Below the pieces are notes generated by a model, which had not been told where the DNA came from, made no database searches, and saw only the letters and a list, made by a program, of their open reading frames with translations. A DNA stretch of 64,000 nt. Origin: Candidatus Woesearchaeota archaeon (GTDB lineage: Archaea > Nanobdellota > Nanobdellia > Pacearchaeales > GW2011-AR1). Position 1 is the first letter of the stretch; each line of letters starts with the position of its first letter. A program made the translations under genes and the position numbers. Shown in pieces: positions 28,279 through 36,588 of this stretch. Location: the NCBI GenBank assembly GCA_964601175.1, contig CAZRMJ010000002.1, positions 5,842 to 69,841 on the forward strand, given 5' to 3'.

Positions 28279-29817
28279 ATGGTTCAAAATTTATCTTGGA
28301 AAAAATGGAATAGAGGAGATCCCCACCTAATAAATCGTATTCAATGGGATAGTAAGGAAATTGATATGCTCCATAAAGTACTCGAGTCTGATTGGTTTGG
28401 ATATGGGCCTGTGAATGAACAGTTTGAGAAGGAATTTTCTAAATTTATTGGGGTGGATCATGTTAACTTAACCAATAGTGGTTCTTCCGCAATTCAGGTT
28501 GCAATTGAGAGCCTCATGAAGCTTGGAAGGTTAAAACCAGGAGATTATGTCTTACATCCCATAACAACTTTTCAAACGAGTATTTCTTCTGCTTCATTTT
28601 TGGGGCTCATCCCTGTGTTCATAGAGACTAAACCAAATACTTATGTTGTGGACCCAAAACAGGTTGAAGATGCTATCGAGAAGATCCCTGAAATAAAGGG
28701 GTTAATACTCCCTCATCTTCTAGGAAATATACCTGATATGAAAAGAATAATAAAAGCCCTTAATGGAAGAGTTCTGATTGAAGACTGTTGCGATACGTTG
28801 GGGGGTTATTACGAAGGAAGGCATGTGGGTTCTTTTGGAGACTATGCTGCATATAGTTTCTATGGATCTCACCATATAACCACTGCAGGAGTTGGAGGAG
28901 CAATAGCAACTAAAGATAAAGAATTCGCGGAAATATCTAAGAGTTTAATTTTTTGGGGGAGAGATTTTGAAAATAGTCAAGGATTCCTTAATAGATATAC
29001 TTACTTAACACAAGGAACTGATAGTCAAATGAGTGCGATTCAGGCAGCTTTTGGCCTTGGTCAAATTGAAAGACTTCCGAGATTTATTAGAGAGAGAAAA
29101 ATACAATTTAATGAAATAGATGAACTCTTTAGAAAGGTAGATTATTTCGAATTACCTGAAACCGTGCCTGGAGCGGATCCTAGTTGGTTTGCATACCCAT
29201 TCATAGTAAAAGAATCTGCCCCTTTTACTAGAGAACAATTTGCGGATTATTTGGCTAAAAATAAAGTTGAAGTTAGACCAATTATGTGCGGGAATATTCT
29301 CAAACAAAAACCTTGGAAAAAAGCAAAATATGTTCAATTTAATTCTACTAATCCCGTTGCAGATAAAATTGAGTCTAATGGTATGTTTATCCCTTGTTGG
29401 GGTATGAGTCCTGAACAAAAAGAAGATTATTATAAGATACTAACTGAATTTTTTGCATCCGTACAACCTAATTTCATTCAATCTTCACAAATTAAGATTA
29501 CCAAACTTGATCCTGTTGAAGTTGTTACTACTTTAGGCTATGCATTATCTGGAGATTTTATTAATGCACAGGAAAAAATTAGAGAAATTATTGAGAAAAG
29601 AGCAATCCCTTATACCCACCTAATTAAAGCAATTCAAACAGAGATTTGGAATTTGCCCATTGGTACTGAGATTAAGGTTAAACTTATAGAAGCGACTGGA
29701 GAAGTAGAATTCAGGATAAATAATGGAAGCGATCAATTTATTCAGCTGACATCTTTACTTTCTTCATTTGTCTTAGCCGGCCTTACCACCCAAAAAATAA
29801 ATCAATATTCTAGATAA
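28279..29817 (+). CDS. DegT-family PLP enzyme of the His type (RfbH/ColD-like NDP-4-keto-6-deoxyhexose 3-dehydratase) fused to a C-terminal RFC-small-subunit collar-like domain
   Basis: NSGSSA, EDCCDTLG, SFYGSHHITT.G.GG (His in place of the Schiff-base Lys). The last ~100 aa resemble the RFC-S C-terminus. Confidence 0.85.
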   Translation: MVQNLSWKKWNRGDPHLINRIQWDSKEIDMLHKVLESDWFGYGPVNEQFEKEFSKFIGVDHVNLTNSGSSAIQVAIESLMKLGRLKPGDYVLHPITTFQTSISSASFLGLIPVFIETKPNTYVVDPKQVEDAIEKIPEIKGLILPHLLGNIPDMKRIIKALNGRVLIEDCCDTLGGYYEGRHVGSFGDYAAYSFYGSHHITTAGVGGAIATKDKEFAEISKSLIFWGRDFENSQGFLNRYTYLTQGTDSQMSAIQAAFGLGQIERLPRFIRERKIQFNEIDELFRKVDYFELPETVPGADPSWFAYPFIVKESAPFTREQFADYLAKNKVEVRPIMCGNILKQKPWKKAKYVQFNSTNPVADKIESNGMFIPCWGMSPEQKEDYYKILTEFFASVQPNFIQSSQIKITKLDPVEVVTTLGYALSGDFINAQEKIREIIEKRAIPYTHLIKAIQTEIWNLPIGTEIKVKLIEATGEVEFRINNGSDQFIQLTSLLSSFVLAGLTTQKINQYSR

Positions 29818-29847
29818 ACTTAAATAAGAGCCTTTTTCTATGAGCTT

Positions 29848-30786
29848 ATGAAAAAAATACTAATCACAGGAGGATTGGGATTTATAGGAAGCCATCTTGC
29901 AAGAGAAGCTGTAAAGAAGGGATTTGATGTAACTATTTTATCTATTTCGGATAAAAAATTGAACAATATTGAAGATTTTAAGGATAAAGTAAAGCTAATC
30001 ATAAAAGATATAAAAAATATATCTGCAGAAGATGTTGCAGATAAAGATCAGATATACCATCTTGCAAGCACAGTAGATAACTATGCAGTTAAAGAAGGCA
30101 GACCTTATGAAGACATAGAAATTAATTGCGTGGGTACTATTTCGCTTTTAGAAGCTTGTAAAAATTTTAATCCTGCGGCTAAAATCTTCCTTGCTAGTAC
30201 ATTCTTTGTTAATGGAAATGTTGATAAAATCCCTGTTGGTCCCAGTGCTCCATGCAACCCTCTTGGATTATATGGAGCTACGCGCCTTGCTGCAGAGCAT
30301 TTTTTTCACATATATCATAAAGTATTTGGATTAAATGTTGTTATTGCCAGATTCACCAATGTCTTTGGAGATTATGAGCAAGGGTCTAACAAAAAGAAAG
30401 CTGGTTTCAATTATATGATAAATCAAGCAGTAATCGGAGAAGAGCTACACCTTTATAATAATGGAGACTTCTTTAGAGATTATATCTATGTGGATGATGT
30501 AGTTAGTGCTTGCATGATTATAATGGATAAAGGAGAAACTGATAAAATATATTATGTTGGTAGAGGAGAATTTGTCAAATTTAAGGTATTAATAGACATT
30601 ATCAAAAACAATATTCCTTCATTAAAAGTTAAAGCGATCATGCCACCTGATTTTCATAAACAGGTAGGAATAATAGATTTTGTATGTGACAACTCAGAGT
30701 TAATTAAACTAGGTTGGAGACCACAAGTATCCTTAGAAGAAGGAATTAAGAAGACAATAGAATTTTATCAAAGCCGTAAAACATAG
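29848..30786 (+). CDS. NAD-dependent epimerase/dehydratase (extended SDR)
   Basis: ITGGLGFIGSHL, HLAS, R.TNVFG, RDYIYVDDV, LGWRP..SLEEGI; YxxxR instead of YxxxK. Confidence 0.9.
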   Translation: MKKILITGGLGFIGSHLAREAVKKGFDVTILSISDKKLNNIEDFKDKVKLIIKDIKNISAEDVADKDQIYHLASTVDNYAVKEGRPYEDIEINCVGTISLLEACKNFNPAAKIFLASTFFVNGNVDKIPVGPSAPCNPLGLYGATRLAAEHFFHIYHKVFGLNVVIARFTNVFGDYEQGSNKKKAGFNYMINQAVIGEELHLYNNGDFFRDYIYVDDVVSACMIIMDKGETDKIYYVGRGEFVKFKVLIDIIKNNIPSLKVKAIMPPDFHKQVGIIDFVCDNSELIKLGWRPQVSLEEGIKKTIEFYQSRKT

Positions 30787-30817
30787 ATTTATTAATCGTT
30801 TTTTATCTTAAATTTTG

Positions 30818-31627
30818 ATGGATGTTTCTATCATAGTGCCTGCATATAATCCGAATAAAGATATACTGGATATGTTGACTGAATCGGTTAAATCTCAAAA
30901 ATTTTCTGGAAAAGTTGAATTTATTATAGTAGATGAAAAAAAAGGATTCTCTACTCAGATAAATATTGGAATAAGAAAAGCAAAATACGGGATAGTAGTT
31001 GAACTTCCTCAGGATTGTGTGCCTAAAAATGAAAATTGGTTAGAAAATTTAGTTTCTCCATTTAAAGATAAAAAAGTCGTTGCATCCGTATCTAGAATAG
31101 AATATCCTAAGGAATATTGGGATAATTTTAGTTACCTTACTAAAGGAATCATGATAAAAGAAAAGGGCGTTATTACTTCTTCCCTTGATGGAAAAGGTGG
31201 CGCTTACAGGAAGAGCACTATTGAATCCATCGGAATGTTTGACGAAAAGAAATTTTTATCTGCGGGAGAAGATTACGACACCTACATAAAAATAAAGGAT
31301 AAGGGGATTATTGCTTATCCTGCTGGGGCTCAGATAGTCCATTACCACCCTACTAATTTTTTGCAGAGATTAAGAAAACATTACCAATATGCTAATGGAT
31401 ATGGAGCATTAGTCAAGATACATGGAAAAAATATGACTAAGTGGTGGGCAGGAATTTTAAAAGCAATACCTTTGTTTGGCCTGATAACGTATCCTATAAG
31501 TTATCCTTGGAAAAAAGGAGGCATTTCAATATTCCCTGCATATATTGCCGCATCTATAATGGATCATTTTTATTATGTCCCTGGATTCTGGAAAGGCTAT
31601 GTAAATGGTAAACAAACCGTAAGATAA
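30818..31627 (+). CDS. GT2 family glycosyltransferase
   Basis: VSIIVPAYN, N.GI..A, QDCVP...WL..LV.PF, GEDYD. Confidence 0.87.
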   Translation: MDVSIIVPAYNPNKDILDMLTESVKSQKFSGKVEFIIVDEKKGFSTQINIGIRKAKYGIVVELPQDCVPKNENWLENLVSPFKDKKVVASVSRIEYPKEYWDNFSYLTKGIMIKEKGVITSSLDGKGGAYRKSTIESIGMFDEKKFLSAGEDYDTYIKIKDKGIIAYPAGAQIVHYHPTNFLQRLRKHYQYANGYGALVKIHGKNMTKWWAGILKAIPLFGLITYPISYPWKKGGISIFPAYIAASIMDHFYYVPGFWKGYVNGKQTVR

Positions 31628-31628
31628 A

Positions 31629-32147
31629 ATGAAAAAACTTCACATAGGTTGCGGGAAAGATATTAAAAAAGGATTTATCAATTTAGATTCGGTTAAATTG
31701 CCTGGGGTTGACGTAGTCCATAATCTCAATAAATATCCTTGGCCATTTAAGAAAGATCATTTTGATTATGTCTATGCATCTCATGTATTGGAGCATCTAA
31801 ACAGCATCATTGATCCAATGGAAGAGATTTGGAGAATAACTAAACCAGGTGCAAAAATATCAATAGAAGTTCCAATCTTTCCGAGCATAGGATCTGTTGC
31901 AGATCCTACGCATAAAGTTTTTTACACTTATTTGACTTTTGATTATTTTAGGCCGGAAGATGGACTCAATTATTACTCTAAGGCTAGATTTAAGATATTG
32001 TCAAAAAAAATTATTTTTCAAAAACCATTTTTTTTATTTGAATGGATTTTTAATATAAGTAGCAAGATGCAAAAATTTTATGCATTGTATTTATCTTTTA
32101 TTATTCCGGCATTTGCATTAAAAATTGAGCTTAAAACGTTAAAATGA
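31629..32147 (+). CDS. Class I SAM-dependent methyltransferase (type 11-like)
   Basis: LHIGCG, DVVHNLN..PWPF, SHVLEHL, EEIWRI.KPG, DPTH. Confidence 0.87.
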   Translation: MKKLHIGCGKDIKKGFINLDSVKLPGVDVVHNLNKYPWPFKKDHFDYVYASHVLEHLNSIIDPMEEIWRITKPGAKISIEVPIFPSIGSVADPTHKVFYTYLTFDYFRPEDGLNYYSKARFKILSKKIIFQKPFFLFEWIFNISSKMQKFYALYLSFIIPAFALKIELKTLK

Positions 32148-33106
32148 GATACTCATTAAAAGATATATCTGTAATAATTGCTACGTATAATCGTGAAAAA
32201 GATCTTGAGATCACAATAAAGTCTTTTGAGAAAAATATCTCCAAAATATGCGAGTTGATAATTGTAGATCAAAGCACAAACGATAAAACAAAAAACTTAT
32301 TTAATAAAAATAAAAATCCGAAAATAAAATACCTTTATTCTAAAAAACCGTCTTTGACTCTGGCAAGAAATTTTGGAATAAAGAAATCTTCTAAAAACTC
32401 TAAAATTTTGATATTTTTAGATGATGATGTCTCACTATCAAAAGACTATTTTGACAAAATAATTGAAGTTTTTAATAAATTTGATTATGCGGTCGGAGTC
32501 TCTGGATATTACCTTCCTAAAATTAGGATTGAAAAATTTGAAAATATGTTTAGAAAATTATTTCTAATAGAAAATTATGGAATTAATACTGCTAAAGTAT
32601 ATTCTCCATTCGGAGCACAATACCCCTCTAAATTGAATAAAATCATAAATGCTTCTTGGATTCCGGGGTTTAACATGGCCTATAAGAAAGAATCAATTAA
32701 AAATCAATTCTTTGATGAAAACTTTTTTAGATATGGGCTTGCCGAAGATTTTGAATTTAGCACCAGGTTAAACAAAATATATCCTGGAGGTTTATTCATT
32801 ACTCCTTATGCAAAAATAATTCATAGAGTATCAGATGTTGAAAGAATGCCCAAACCAAAACTAATTTATATGAATCAGGTAAATCACTTATACATACAGG
32901 CTAAAAATTTAAATGATTTTAGGGGGATAGTCTCTTTGGGTTTAGTTCTTTTTTCAATTTCAGCGCTACATATTTTGAAGTCCCTACTAAGACCAAATAA
33001 ACAAAATCTTCTCAAAATGAAGATTTATTTTAAAGCAGTTTATTATTGTTTCAAAAGATTACACTTAATAAGAAAAGGATTTTTAGATTTGCCCCAAAAA
33101 ATTTAG
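32144..33106 (+). CDS. GT2 family glycosyltransferase
   Basis: ISVIIATYNR, IVDQS, ARN.GI, IFLDDD, G.NM, EDFEFS.R. Confidence 0.9.
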   Translation: MRYSLKDISVIIATYNREKDLEITIKSFEKNISKICELIIVDQSTNDKTKNLFNKNKNPKIKYLYSKKPSLTLARNFGIKKSSKNSKILIFLDDDVSLSKDYFDKIIEVFNKFDYAVGVSGYYLPKIRIEKFENMFRKLFLIENYGINTAKVYSPFGAQYPSKLNKIINASWIPGFNMAYKKESIKNQFFDENFFRYGLAEDFEFSTRLNKIYPGGLFITPYAKIIHRVSDVERMPKPKLIYMNQVNHLYIQAKNLNDFRGIVSLGLVLFSISALHILKSLLRPNKQNLLKMKIYFKAVYYCFKRLHLIRKGFLDLPQKI

Positions 33107-33832
33107 TTATTTTATTGCTTCCACAGTGTAACCCATAGTCCATTCTTTATTTCTGTCTAAAAAATCCAGACTTGAAAGAACTAAGGGAAAAATTATTTGT
33201 GTAAATGGAAATCCAATTATTTTTAGAGGATATGAAATAATCTTGGGAGCTTTATTATTCAAAAGTCCATTAAACTTAATCATGTCTGCTAGTGCTGAAA
33301 AATAACCCCCCATTGGAGAAACTTTGAACTTTTTGAATCCTGATTTTTTTAATAGGCTCTCTAAGCCATATTTGGTAAAATAGAAGAAGTTGTATGGTGC
33401 TTGATGAATCATAAATTGTTGAGGGGTGGTTAAAAAAAGTTTTCCATTTGGTTTTAAGATTCTATAAAATTCATTTATTACATTTTCAGGATTTTCAACA
33501 TGCTCAAGAACTTCAGTAGAAATTACCGAATCATAATAACTTGATTTCTTAGGAATCTTTTCTAAATTGCATACAAAATCCAGAATTTTATGTGGGTCGC
33601 TAAAATCAGTGGCTTCGTATTTTGCGTGGTTAAAAAATTTCTTATATGGGCACGGTCCAGCTCCTGCATCTAAAACTTTTGAGTTTTGAATAATTTTTTT
33701 ACTAGATATTCGAACAAATAATTCAATATATTTTCTTCTTGGATTTGTATATAACCTTAAGTTTTTAGGAAATATATCGATTATGGACTGCAACCATATA
33801 GGCCTTCCAGTAATTATATTTCTTCGAGACAT
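33107..33832 (-). CDS. Class I SAM-dependent methyltransferase
   Basis: VLDAGAG..PYK, TEVLEHV, ILKPNG.LFLTTP, HQAPY.F. ATG at 33832 is preferred to 33853. Confidence 0.88.
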   Translation of the reverse strand: MSRRNIITGRPIWLQSIIDIFPKNLRLYTNPRRKYIELFVRISSKKIIQNSKVLDAGAGPCPYKKFFNHAKYEATDFSDPHKILDFVCNLEKIPKKSSYYDSVISTEVLEHVENPENVINEFYRILKPNGKLFLTTPQQFMIHQAPYNFFYFTKYGLESLLKKSGFKKFKVSPMGGYFSALADMIKFNGLLNNKAPKIISYPLKIIGFPFTQIIFPLVLSSLDFLDRNKEWTMGYTVEAIK

Positions 33833-33850
33833 ATTATTAGCAAGTAATGA

Positions 33851-33864
33851 CATATTTAAATATG
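33851..33864. promoter_or_regulatory. Palindromic bidirectional TATA element CATATTTAAATATG
   Basis: Perfect 14-bp palindrome centred 25.5 nt from both divergent ATGs (33832 on minus, 33883 on plus), flanked by an AGTAA/TTACT inverted repeat. Confidence 0.7.
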
Positions 33865-33882
33865 ATCTTACTAGTTATGGCA

Positions 33883-35436
33883 ATGGATAAAGAAGCTGAA
33901 CTAAATAGCACATTAAGAACAGTAGTTAAAAGCTCATTTTTAGTATTCTTTTCGATAATACTCTCTAAATTGTTAAGTTATGCTTATAGAATAATTATAG
34001 CGAATCGTTATGGTTCTGAGTCTTATGGTAGATTTTCATTGTCATTAGTAGTTGTGGGCATAATTATAGCTATTGCTTCTTTTGGATTGCACGATGGATT
34101 ACTTAGATACATTTCATTCTATAGGGGGAAAAAAGAATTTGGAAAGATAAGATTTATCATAAATAAATCTATGAAAATTCTTCTTTTTACGAGCATAATA
34201 TCTTTCATAGGATTATATTATCTATCAGAAATTATCTCTACAAGAATCTTCCATGATTCTTCATTGACCCATTATTTGAAGTTTATTAGTTTAGTTCTTC
34301 CATTTAGCATATTCGCAGGGGCTTTTCTCGCAATAATAAGAGCTTTCGAAAAAGTTGGAACATATTCATTTTTAGTCAATTTTTTACACAATTTCTTTAA
34401 AGTTTTATTACTTGTTTTAGCTATTTTTATAGGGATTGGAGAAAACAGCATAGTTCTTTCATATATCTTGTCTTATGCACTTTTGCTTTTTGCAGCATAT
34501 TTATTTTTTGTAGCTTATGTTAAAAATAAGTATTTGTCAAAAAAAGATATTACCACTAAAGAGAAAAGCAAAATATCTTTAGAACTTTTGAATTATTCTT
34601 GGCCAGTTATATTTTCAGGAATATTTTTTAGCCTCTTCTTCTGGATAGACACATTAGTTTTAGGATCAAACCTTGATGCTGCAAGCGTAGGAATTTATTC
34701 TGCAGCAGTATTGCTTGTTGGCCTATTCAGTTTTGCTCAAGATTTGTTTATCCAACTATTTGTACCACTTATATCTAGAAACTTATCAATTGGTAATAAA
34801 GAAGTAATAAAAGAAGTTTCCAAGCAAGTTTTCAAATGGGTCTTTATAATTAATATTTTCATTTCGCTGCCATTAATTATTTTTCCTGAAAAGATAATTA
34901 GCCTATTCTTTAAGGGGGAATTTATCGCTGCATCTACCGCACTTAGAATTCTTTCTATCGGAGCAATATTATCTGGGTTTATAGGCCTTTTAACAGGGCT
35001 AATAAATGCTATTGGAAGAACTAAAAGAGTATTTGTTTACTATATGATATTTTCGGCTATAAATTTTGTAATTGATGTTTTATTTGTAAGAAAATATGGG
35101 TTAGAAGGTGTGGCGCTTGGAACTAGCATAACTTGGATATTATTTACCCTTACACTTTATATAGAAGTTAGAAAGTTGTATGGATTTTACCCAATTAGAA
35201 GAGCTTTTGCTAAAATAGCACTTGCAGGCATTACCTCAGGATTATTACTTTGGACAATAGGCATTAGATTTATTTCAGGAAGAGTATCTACAATAATGGT
35301 CCTTTTTGTGTTTGGGTTAGTTTACCTAGCTCTAATTGGAGTGCTTAGAGTTTTAGACTATAGGGACATGGACATAATAAAAGTAATGAAAAATAAAATT
35401 CTTTCCTCGAAAATGAATTTTGGAAAAAATGATTAA
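33883..35436 (+). CDS. Polysaccharide/oligosaccharide flippase (Wzx/AglR-like)
   Basis: L.Y.YRIIIA...G...YG.FSL, RYI..YRG, D.LVLG...VGIY.AA, YG..G.ALGT; ~14 TM segments. Start could be 33877 or 33883. Confidence 0.9.
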   Translation: MDKEAELNSTLRTVVKSSFLVFFSIILSKLLSYAYRIIIANRYGSESYGRFSLSLVVVGIIIAIASFGLHDGLLRYISFYRGKKEFGKIRFIINKSMKILLFTSIISFIGLYYLSEIISTRIFHDSSLTHYLKFISLVLPFSIFAGAFLAIIRAFEKVGTYSFLVNFLHNFFKVLLLVLAIFIGIGENSIVLSYILSYALLLFAAYLFFVAYVKNKYLSKKDITTKEKSKISLELLNYSWPVIFSGIFFSLFFWIDTLVLGSNLDAASVGIYSAAVLLVGLFSFAQDLFIQLFVPLISRNLSIGNKEVIKEVSKQVFKWVFIINIFISLPLIIFPEKIISLFFKGEFIAASTALRILSIGAILSGFIGLLTGLINAIGRTKRVFVYYMIFSAINFVIDVLFVRKYGLEGVALGTSITWILFTLTLYIEVRKLYGFYPIRRAFAKIALAGITSGLLLWTIGIRFISGRVSTIMVLFVFGLVYLALIGVLRVLDYRDMDIIKVMKNKILSSKMNFGKND

Positions 35437-35473
35437 AAGAAAAACTTATAAATTGTATATTTAGTGAGATTTT

Positions 35474-36217
35474 ATGAGATATAATGTTCTTGTTACCGGA
35501 TCTAGTGGAAGACTTGGAAATTCGTTGATTTCTAACAAATCAGATAATTTAGCTTTTTTGACTCCTTCGAGAGAAGAACTCGATATTACTAATAAATCTA
35601 ATGTAATGAATTATTTTAAAAAAAACAAAATTGATGCAGTTATTCATTGTGCTGCACTTACTGACATGAAATTGTGTGAAACGAATCCTAATCTTGCAAT
35701 AGAAACCAATTCTTCTGGAACTGCTTATCTTGTTGAAGTTTGCAATAACTCCAAAATAAGATTCATATACATTTCTACAGATTATGTTTATCCTTGTATT
35801 GATGGAAATTATGGTGAAAATTCTGAGGTTAAACCCTTTAATGTTTATGCATGGACAAAGTTTTTAGGTGAACTTTTTGTGATGAATGTTGAAAATCATT
35901 GCATCATTAGAACAAGCTTTTTTGACCCTAATAACATTCCTTTTGATACATCTTTCACAGATTCTTTTTGCTCAAAAATTCCAGTCCAAGAATTATCTAA
36001 TGAAATAATTAAAATTCTAGAAGGAAATTTTATCGGAACCATAAATGTTGGACAAGATCGAATTAGTTTATACGACCTATATAAAAAGCATAAACCTTCA
36101 ATAAAACCCGAATTACTTTCCGATTTGAAGAGTCCAATGAAAAGGGCAATTGATTCTTCATTAAATCTTAGAGTATTTAAAGAATTAAAGGCTGGAGGTT
36201 ATAAAAATGGCAATTGA
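35474..36217 (+). CDS. dTDP-4-dehydrorhamnose reductase-like (RmlD-like)
   Basis: VTGSSGRLG, ELDIT, IHCAA.T, YISTDYVY, P.NVYAWTK. Confidence 0.88.
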   Translation: MRYNVLVTGSSGRLGNSLISNKSDNLAFLTPSREELDITNKSNVMNYFKKNKIDAVIHCAALTDMKLCETNPNLAIETNSSGTAYLVEVCNNSKIRFIYISTDYVYPCIDGNYGENSEVKPFNVYAWTKFLGELFVMNVENHCIIRTSFFDPNNIPFDTSFTDSFCSKIPVQELSNEIIKILEGNFIGTINVGQDRISLYDLYKKHKPSIKPELLSDLKSPMKRAIDSSLNLRVFKELKAGGYKNGN

Positions 36218-36587
36218 AGGAGTAATTTATGAAAAAGTTGGAGATCTTAGTAATAAAGAGGGTTCTAGAAGAATTACTACCATCATGTCTGGAAATAATG
36301 AATTTGATATTGGAGAAGTTAGATTAGTTCTAGTAGATAATAATGGGCTTCTTGGAGGACACTGGAGAGAATATCCTGAAGTGTGGGGATTTTTAGGTGA
36401 AGCTACTATTATATTGGAAGATATAGAAACTAAATAAAGAAAGGTTTATCAGGCAGAGAATGGCACTCGTATATTTATACCTGCGAGAGTCGCTTCTAAA
36501 ATTGAAGCATTTAGAGGTACCTCTATTGTGACTTGCTCACCTAAAAGTGATAGAGAAAGACAGACCCATAGATATGAATTTGTTTAG
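36207..36587 (+). pseudogene. Cupin-fold (WxcM/FdtA-like) sugar isomerase interrupted by an in-frame TAA at 36435-36437
   Basis: LGGHW motif. The frame continues after the stop (RKVYQAENGTRIFIPARVASKI...YEFV*) to TAG 36587, filling the gap to the next gene. Confidence 0.7.
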
Positions 36588-36588
36588 A

